12,309 nt of DNA from Planctomycetota bacterium (GTDB lineage: Bacteria > Planctomycetota > Planctomycetia > Pirellulales > Lacipirellulaceae), in NCBI GenBank assembly GCA_039190745.1, contig JBCCXZ010000091.1:1-12309 (forward strand). The letters are read 5' to 3'. The notes under the pieces were generated by a model, which was not told the origin of the DNA, made no database searches, and saw only the letters and a list, made by a program, of their open reading frames with translations. Shown here in pieces: positions 7,309 to 12,309 of the stretch. The number at the start of each line of letters is the position of its first letter. Position 1 is the first letter of the stretch. Position numbers and translations under genes: made by a program.

Positions 7309-8322
7309 TCAGACGGCTGCAGCGGACTTGACCAGCAGCTCCGCGATCTGCACCGCGTTCGTCGCAGCGCCCTTCCGCAGGTTGTCGCTGACGCACCAGA
7401 AATTGAGACCGTTCTCGCTGGAGAGGTCTTCGCGGATGCGGCCGATGAACACCGCGTCGTCGCCGTCGCAGTCGGCGGGCATGGGGTACACGCCGGCCGA
7501 GAGGTCGTCCAGCACCTTGATGCCCGGCGTTGCCGCGAACAGTTCCCGCGCCTCGTCGACGCCAATCTTCCGCTCGGTCTCCACCAGCATCGTCTCGCTG
7601 TGGCAGTTCGAGACCGGAACCCGCACGCACGTGGGCGACACCTTGATCGATTCGTCGCCAAGAATCTTGTGCGTCTCGCGCACCATCTTCATCTCTTCGC
7701 TGGTGTACCCGGCGTGCTTCTCCGAGCCGATCTGCGGGATGAGGTTCATCGCGATCGGGTGCGCAAACGCGTTGTACTCGTACGATTCACCCGCGAGCGC
7801 CGCCTTCGTCCCGGCGACCAGGTCTTCCTGCCCGGCGACGCCGGCACCGCTGGTCGCCTGGTAGGTGCTCACCACCACCCGGCGGATCTTCCCCGCGTCG
7901 TGCAGCGGCTTCATCGCCAGCACCATCTGGGTGGTCGAACAGTTCGGGCTCGAGATGATCCCTTTGTGGTCGCGCACCGCCTCGGGGTTCACCTCCGGCA
8001 CCACCAACGGCACGCTGGGATCCATCCGCCAGTAGCCGCTCTCGTCGACCACCACACAGCCCCGCTCCTGGGCCCACGGGCAGAACTCCTCCGCCACCGG
8101 GTCGGGCGTGCTGCCGATCGCCAAGTCGATATCGTCGAACGCTTCGGGCGTCATCTCGACGACCGTGTGCTGCTCGCCCTTGAACTCGATCGTCGTCCCC
8201 GCCGACCGCTTCGATGCGAGGAACGTGATCTTCTGATACGGGAAGTCACGCTCGGCGAGCAGGCGGCGGATAATTTGACCGACGGCGCCGGTCGCCCCGA
8301 CGATAGCAATCGAGTCGAACAC
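7309..8322 (-). CDS. asd: Aspartate-semialdehyde dehydrogenase
   Basis: IVGATGAVG, PLVVPEVN, catalytic SPNCST, STYQATSGAG, EEMKM, TCVRVPV..HSE, DNLRKGAATNAVQIAE. Start placed at GTG 8322 (GGAG SD, 6-nt spacer) rather than 8337. Confidence 0.97.
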   Translation of the reverse strand: MFDSIAIVGATGAVGQIIRRLLAERDFPYQKITFLASKRSAGTTIEFKGEQHTVVEMTPEAFDDIDLAIGSTPDPVAEEFCPWAQERGCVVVDESGYWRMDPSVPLVVPEVNPEAVRDHKGIISSPNCSTTQMVLAMKPLHDAGKIRRVVVSTYQATSGAGVAGQEDLVAGTKAALAGESYEYNAFAHPIAMNLIPQIGSEKHAGYTSEEMKMVRETHKILGDESIKVSPTCVRVPVSNCHSETMLVETERKIGVDEARELFAATPGIKVLDDLSAGVYPMPADCDGDDAVFIGRIREDLSSENGLNFWCVSDNLRKGAATNAVQIAELLVKSAAAV

Positions 8323-8385
8323 GTTGGGCTCCAACACAGGGTGAGAAACAGATTGGGTGCGAGACGGAAAGCAAGGAAGCCCCGT

Positions 8386-8414
8386 AGTATAGAAAGCGTT
8401 CCCCCACGGGACAA
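8386..8414 (-). promoter_or_regulatory. Sigma70-type promoter for asd-truA(-kinase-accA)
   Basis: Minus strand TTGTCC (8414-8409) - N17 - TATACT (8391-8386), upstream of asd. Confidence 0.65.
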
Positions 8415-8456
8415 CGCACCGCCCCCTCCGGTTCGCACCCTACCCGCCCCAAAGCC

Positions 8457-9374
8457 CTACTCGGGGCCTGCTTTCAGCGAGTACGCCCGCTCCGCGACAT
8501 CCAGCGTAAACACATAACGCCCCGCCGCCGGGATGTACGCCTGGATGTTCTCCGGGGCCCCTTCGAGGTTCGTAGTCCCGGTCCCGTGCAGCGGGAACCC
8601 CGACTCCGCCCCCTCGGCGGCCCCGAGGTTCAGGTTCCATGTCTCGTTTGCGGCGAACTTAAACTCGATCGGCCCCACCTCCGCGATCTCCACTTCCGCG
8701 CGCCACACGCCGTCCTCGCTTCTAGTCATGGGCGTGGCGGTGAGGTTCCAACCATTGAACGAACCCGGCACGCCAACCGACTGGATATCGTCCAAAGAGT
8801 CCGTCGCCGCTTCAGGAGCCGGCGGCGCGTAAAGCATCTCCCGATAAGCCCCGAAGGCGAGCAGCCCCCCAAACAACGCAACCCCAAGCGTATCCAACAA
8901 CCGCAGACGGCCACGCTCACCCAGCGGCCGCTCCTGCAGCAGCAGGCGATCAAGCGACCACCCCCCTGCCCCGACGCCCAGCAGCGCCACGAACATCCAC
9001 AGGTACTGATTCGCAACGTGCACCACAAACAGCGGCACCTCCGCGTGCGAGCCGAACACCGCCACCAGAAACGTAAGAGTCAACAGCAACGCAGCCGGCC
9101 GCGTGAACAGCCCGACCACCAGCAGCAGCCCTCCGGCGAACTCCGAGAACGCCGCCAAGAACGCGAACAACTGCGGCAGCGGAAACCCCAGGTCCGCAAC
9201 GTCGCCGGCAAACCAAGTCGTCGTCGGCAACTTGTCGAGCCCGGCTCGCGAGATCGAAACCCCCGCGTACAGCCGCAGCAGCAGCACGCCCGCGTCACCC
9301 AGAAAACCCAGCGACAGTCCCCCACCGTGCAGCACCCGCCGCAGCCAACCCGATTGTTGTTCGTCGCTCATCAT
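8457..9374 (-). CDS. DoxX-family membrane protein with an extra TM helix and a C-terminal starch/glycogen-binding-type (SusE/F- or CBM48-like) beta-sandwich module
   Basis: DoxX motifs LLLRLYAG...GLDK, AAFSEFAGGLLLVVGLFTRPAA and GAGGWSLD, then a further hydrophobic helix, a PPAPEAA linker and SVGVPGSFNGW...PMT...EFKFAANETW.LNLG...GRYVFTLD. Start at ATG 9374 or 9371 after purine-rich GAGGGAAGGG. The ORF-track extension to 9698 overlaps the opposite-strand lipoprotein and is rejected. Confidence 0.85.
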   Translation of the reverse strand: MMSDEQQSGWLRRVLHGGGLSLGFLGDAGVLLLRLYAGVSISRAGLDKLPTTTWFAGDVADLGFPLPQLFAFLAAFSEFAGGLLLVVGLFTRPAALLLTLTFLVAVFGSHAEVPLFVVHVANQYLWMFVALLGVGAGGWSLDRLLLQERPLGERGRLRLLDTLGVALFGGLLAFGAYREMLYAPPAPEAATDSLDDIQSVGVPGSFNGWNLTATPMTRSEDGVWRAEVEIAEVGPIEFKFAANETWNLNLGAAEGAESGFPLHGTGTTNLEGAPENIQAYIPAAGRYVFTLDVAERAYSLKAGPE

Positions 9375-9542
9375 CCCTTCCCTCGTCTCGCTGATGTATT
9401 CGTCCTCACAGCCCGCTGCTCCACTCTTCGTACCCGCCAGACGGACGGATGCACCCGCTCGCAAGCCGTCTTCGCTCTGCCCGGGAGATCTGATACCCTC
9501 CGACCCCCCCGGCGACTGAGCAGATATACCAAGGCAACCACT

Positions 9543-9824
9543 GTGAACAACAGAATACGAACCCTTAGGCTTACCCTCGGCTACTCTGGACTGCTGCTCG
9601 CCGCCGGCTGCGCCGGTCTCCCCGACGCCGAAGAAGCCGGCCTCGACGCCCGCGTCGCCAACCCCGTCGCCGACCGCGTCTGGCGCACCGGCGATCACAA
9701 CGCCAACGGACAGATCGACCGCAGCGAGCAGCCTGGTGAGAGCCTCACGCTCCAGCCGGTCGCCGGCCTCCCCGCCCTGCCCCAGCCGAGCCAGCCCGGC
9801 TTCCGCGAAGACGAGCCACGCTGA
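9543..9824 (+). CDS. Small (93 aa) predicted lipoprotein with a single EF-hand-type Ca2+ loop
   Basis: GTG 9543 after AAGG. Basic n-region (NNRIRTLR), hydrophobic h-region, lipobox LAAG-C23. Loop [12 protein letters not shown] at 9693-9728. It is the 3' part of track ORF 8586..9824. Confidence 0.7.
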   Translation: MNNRIRTLRLTLGYSGLLLAAGCAGLPDAEEAGLDARVANPVADRVWRTGDHNANGQIDRSEQPGESLTLQPVAGLPALPQPSQPGFREDEPR

Positions 9825-9854
9825 GCACCTCGCTTGCTTTCAGCACTCTGCCAC

Positions 9855-9884
9855 TTGGTCGCGGCCCTCTCGGCGCTGTACACT
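9855..9884 (+). promoter_or_regulatory. Candidate sigma70-type promoter for ahpC
   Basis: TTGGTC (9855-9860) - N18 - TACACT (9879-9884). Confidence 0.45.
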
Positions 9885-10092
9885 AAGCCACGTTCACCCG
9901 GCCGCAAGCCGGCCGGTGAAACCCGTCGCAGGCCAGCGGTCTAGAAACCAAGGCCGCCCGTGCCGCGGCCCCCCAGCCAGCAACCCCGCCTCACGCCAGC
10001 CAGACCACCTCCCCTACAGGCCAAGCCGCACCTGCGGCTTCGGCCCGACCAATTTCGGCGCTATCGTTTCACCCCGCTACGAAGGACCCGCC

Positions 10093-10692
10093 ATGAGTTG
10101 CCTCGTAACTCAACCCGCCCCCGAGTTTACCGCCCAAGCCGTCATGCCCGACGGCCAGTTCCAGCAAGTGAACCTGTCCGACTACCAGGGCAAGTACGTC
10201 TTGCTGTTCTTCTACCCGCTCGACTTCACCTTCGTCTGCCCCACGGAGATCATCGCCTTCTCCGAGGCGGCCGAGGAGTTCAAGAAGCGGAATGTCGAGC
10301 TGCTGGGCGTCTCGATCGACAGCCACTTCTCGCACTTCGCGTGGCGGAACACCCCCCGCACCGAAGGCGGCATCGGCCCGATCAACTACCCGCTCGTCTC
10401 CGACCTCAGCAAGCAGATCGCGACCGACTACGGCGTCCTGCTCGGCTCGGGCGTCGCCCTCCGCGGCCTGTTCCTGATCGACAAGGAAGGCGTCGTCCGC
10501 CACGAGCTGGTCAACGACCTCCCGCTCGGCCGCAGCGTCGACGAGGCCCTCCGCCTGATCGACGCCCTCCAGTACACCGAAGAACACGGCGAGGTCTGCC
10601 CGGCCAACTGGAAGGTCGGCAGCGCCGCGATGACCCCCGACACCGAGAAGAGCAAGGACTACTTCCAGAAGTCCTACGCCACCTCCAGCTAG
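10093..10692 (+). CDS. ahpC: Typical 2-Cys peroxiredoxin (AhpC/Prx1 family)
   Basis: [14 protein letters not shown] (peroxidatic Cys), [26 protein letters not shown] (resolving Cys). ATG 10093 after GAAGGA SD; 199 aa. Confidence 0.96.
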   Translation: MSCLVTQPAPEFTAQAVMPDGQFQQVNLSDYQGKYVLLFFYPLDFTFVCPTEIIAFSEAAEEFKKRNVELLGVSIDSHFSHFAWRNTPRTEGGIGPINYPLVSDLSKQIATDYGVLLGSGVALRGLFLIDKEGVVRHELVNDLPLGRSVDEALRLIDALQYTEEHGEVCPANWKVGSAAMTPDTEKSKDYFQKSYATSS

Positions 10693-10736
10693 AGAAACCG
10701 GGGTGGTACTGCTTCCCGAGTCGTAGAGTCGTAGTC

Positions 10737-10760
10737 GTAGGATGGGTGCTCGCACCCATC
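10737..10760 (+). repeat. GTAG-type REP-like palindrome
   Basis: GTAG followed by the perfect inverted repeat GATGGGTGC-TC-GCACCCATC, extragenic and just downstream of ahpC. Only one copy is in the window, so repetition is not shown. Confidence 0.6.
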
Positions 10761-10778
10761 TCAGGAAGATCCTCTACC

Positions 10779-10816
10779 GGGAACCGGCCCGCCTGCAGCG
10801 GCCGGTTCCCTTTTTT
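10779..10816 (+). terminator. Intrinsic terminator downstream of ahpC
   Basis: 10-bp perfect stem GGGAACCGGC / GCCGGTTCCC (10779-10788 / 10801-10810) followed immediately by TTTTTT. Confidence 0.88.
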
Positions 10817-10881
10817 CGTGCGCAGCCAAGAAAATTACGGTTCAACAGCAGTGCTCCCTCTCCTCACTCCCTCTCCCACTC

Positions 10882-11244
10882 ATGCCCCTACGCGCGAAAC
10901 TCAAAGCCCTCGCGCAGCGCTGGAACAACTGGGTCGGCGACCGCGACATCGAGCGGGCCATCCAAGCCGAACTCCGCCGCCAAGGCTACCCCTCGTCCGC
11001 TAGTCAGATCCGCGACTTCCGCCTAGCCGCGATCGAACGCCCCGGCTGGGTCTGCGTCTACCAGTTTTACGTCGCCACGCACGACTCCGAAGGCCAGCCG
11101 CTCACCCTCTACGGCGTCGTGAGAGACGACTCCCGCGTCGGCGAGAAGGTGTACCTCACCGAGAGCCAGCCAGAACGCAACGCCCAACGCGACAAGTGGT
11201 CCGAGAGCCTGATCCTCTCGCCCAGCCTGCGGCGGCGAGGTTAA
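10882..11244 (+). CDS. Hypothetical protein, 120 aa
   Basis: ATG...TAA ORF with host-like C/G third positions and globular-looking sequence (LAAIERPGWVCVYQFYV). Its stop abuts the convergent gene's stop with zero gap. No SD; no family recognised. Confidence 0.75.
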   Translation: MPLRAKLKALAQRWNNWVGDRDIERAIQAELRRQGYPSSASQIRDFRLAAIERPGWVCVYQFYVATHDSEGQPLTLYGVVRDDSRVGEKVYLTESQPERNAQRDKWSESLILSPSLRRRG

Positions 11245-12309
11245 TCAACCCAGGAACCAACCCGAGAATGTGAGTTCCTCCTCGAAGCCATCGACCGACT
11301 CTTCCCCCTCCGAGTCCAGCGGCACCTCCACCAGATCGGCAACCGCCGCACTATCCAGGACTCCACTCTGCACGGGCCAAACTACCCGGAGCGTCTGTAA
11401 AGCCGCGTCAACCGCCTCCTCACTCACCGGCGCATCCATCGCGGCGAAGCTCTCACGCTGCACCGTGGCCTCGCTGTGAATGATCGCGTTCACCAACGCG
11501 CTTTCTGGAGTGATTGGCTCCTGTTCGGGGAAGTACGGCTGCTCCACCGGGGGCAACTCCGGAACTGGTTCGGCCAGGGCCTCAACCGTTACCGCCCCCT
11601 GCTCGAAGGAGATTTCCCATGCCGCCTGGTCGCTGGCGTCCACGTCGCCGTCGTCGTCGCTGTTGCCATCGGCCAATACCGCGTCCCTCATTGCGCCGAA
11701 ACCTCTCTGAAGCCGCATCAGGTCGAACAGGTCCACGTCGCCGTCGGAGTCGAAGTCGGCGATCGGCGCGATCTGCGCCTCGTACGCACCGATGTCCCGG
11801 CCGTCCCCCCCCACGGCGTTGGGAATGCCCGGCAAGTCGATCGGTGCAGCCAATCCTCGCTGATCGTACCCGACTGAGACGCCCGCTTCCAGGGCCTGGC
11901 TGCCTGGCAGGAGCGCGTGCGTCTGCGTCGGCCCGCCGTTGTCCGCCAGCGGACCAAGGAGGGGATTTATATCAAAGTGCGTAGACTCGATGGAGACAAA
12001 GCGGTTTTCGAAGGTCTCGCCAATCAGGCTGTAGGACACGTTGACCGATGCAATGTTCGCTTGGAGATCAACGCCTCTCCTATTCCCATTGGGTAGGACT
12101 CCGTTGTCGGCAACGATCGAATTCCGAATCTCGGTATTCGCTTCCGAATCTGGTGCAAAGAGTGAGACCCCAGCGATTGACCCGCCGAGGTTTGCGGTGA
12201 TCGTTGAATTCTCGATTACGATCTGGCCGCGTGCGCTGATGCCACCGACAGAGTTCGAGTCGTTCCCAGATACTGTTGCCCCGGACAGCGTGGTGATTGT
12301 CTCAGACAC
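11245..12309 (-). CDS. 3' part of a large extracellular protein: beta-helix/polymorphic-repeat region, choice-of-anchor-Q-like domain, dockerin-like Ca2+-loop pair, acidic tail (5' end outside the window)
   Basis: ATVSGN..GGI / NSTITAN / RNSIVADN repeats. PLLGPLADNGGPTQTHALLPGS...DQRG...DIGAYE. Paired loops DFDSDGDVDLFD (11757-11722) and NSDDDGDVDASD (11664-11629). The frame is open to the window edge. Confidence 0.85.
   Translation of the reverse strand: MSETITTLSGATVSGNDSNSVGGISARGQIVIENSTITANLGGSIAGVSLFAPDSEANTEIRNSIVADNGVLPNGNRRGVDLQANIASVNVSYSLIGETFENRFVSIESTHFDINPLLGPLADNGGPTQTHALLPGSQALEAGVSVGYDQRGLAAPIDLPGIPNAVGGDGRDIGAYEAQIAPIADFDSDGDVDLFDLMRLQRGFGAMRDAVLADGNSDDDGDVDASDQAAWEISFEQGAVTVEALAEPVPELPPVEQPYFPEQEPITPESALVNAIIHSEATVQRESFAAMDAPVSEEAVDAALQTLRVVWPVQSGVLDSAAVADLVEVPLDSEGEESVDGFEEELTFSGWFLG

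Noticed and set aside
9375..9698. 108-aa N-terminal extension of the DoxX ORF
   Set aside because: Low-complexity sequence that overlaps the opposite-strand lipoprotein. A good purine-rich RBS precedes ATG 9374/9371.
9736..10092. 119-aa N-terminal extension of ahpC
   Set aside because: AhpC homology begins at MSCLV (10093), which has its own SD. The extension is Pro/Arg/Ser-rich noise.

Overview
High-GC bacterial DNA that looks planctomycetal (inferred from the dockerin-like DxDxDGDVD repeats, the choice-of-anchor-Q protein and the overall gene style). A minus-strand housekeeping run, asd - truA - soluble Ser/Thr kinase - accA, is followed by a DinB-family gene. To its left are the Q/P-rich end of an upstream gene, a predicted secreted M28 peptidase-PDZ-CBM48-like fusion and an uncharacterised HExxH+TPR gene. 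To its right are a DoxX-CBM fusion, a small EF-hand lipoprotein the ORF track does not call separately, a 2-Cys peroxiredoxin (ahpC) with a GTAG-type REP-like palindrome and terminator, a hypothetical gene, and the 3' end of a large extracellular protein. Most notable: (1) the last codons of the M28 gene are duplicated in frame 2,091 bp downstream, with the stop at the identical codon, so the HExxH-TPR gene looks like an insertion that replaced the M28 gene's 3' end; (2) two unrelated envelope proteins carry closely alignable alpha-glucan-binding-type modules; (3) an atypical DFT kinase lies directly upstream of accA. No rRNA, tRNA, CRISPR array, integrase or transposase was seen.
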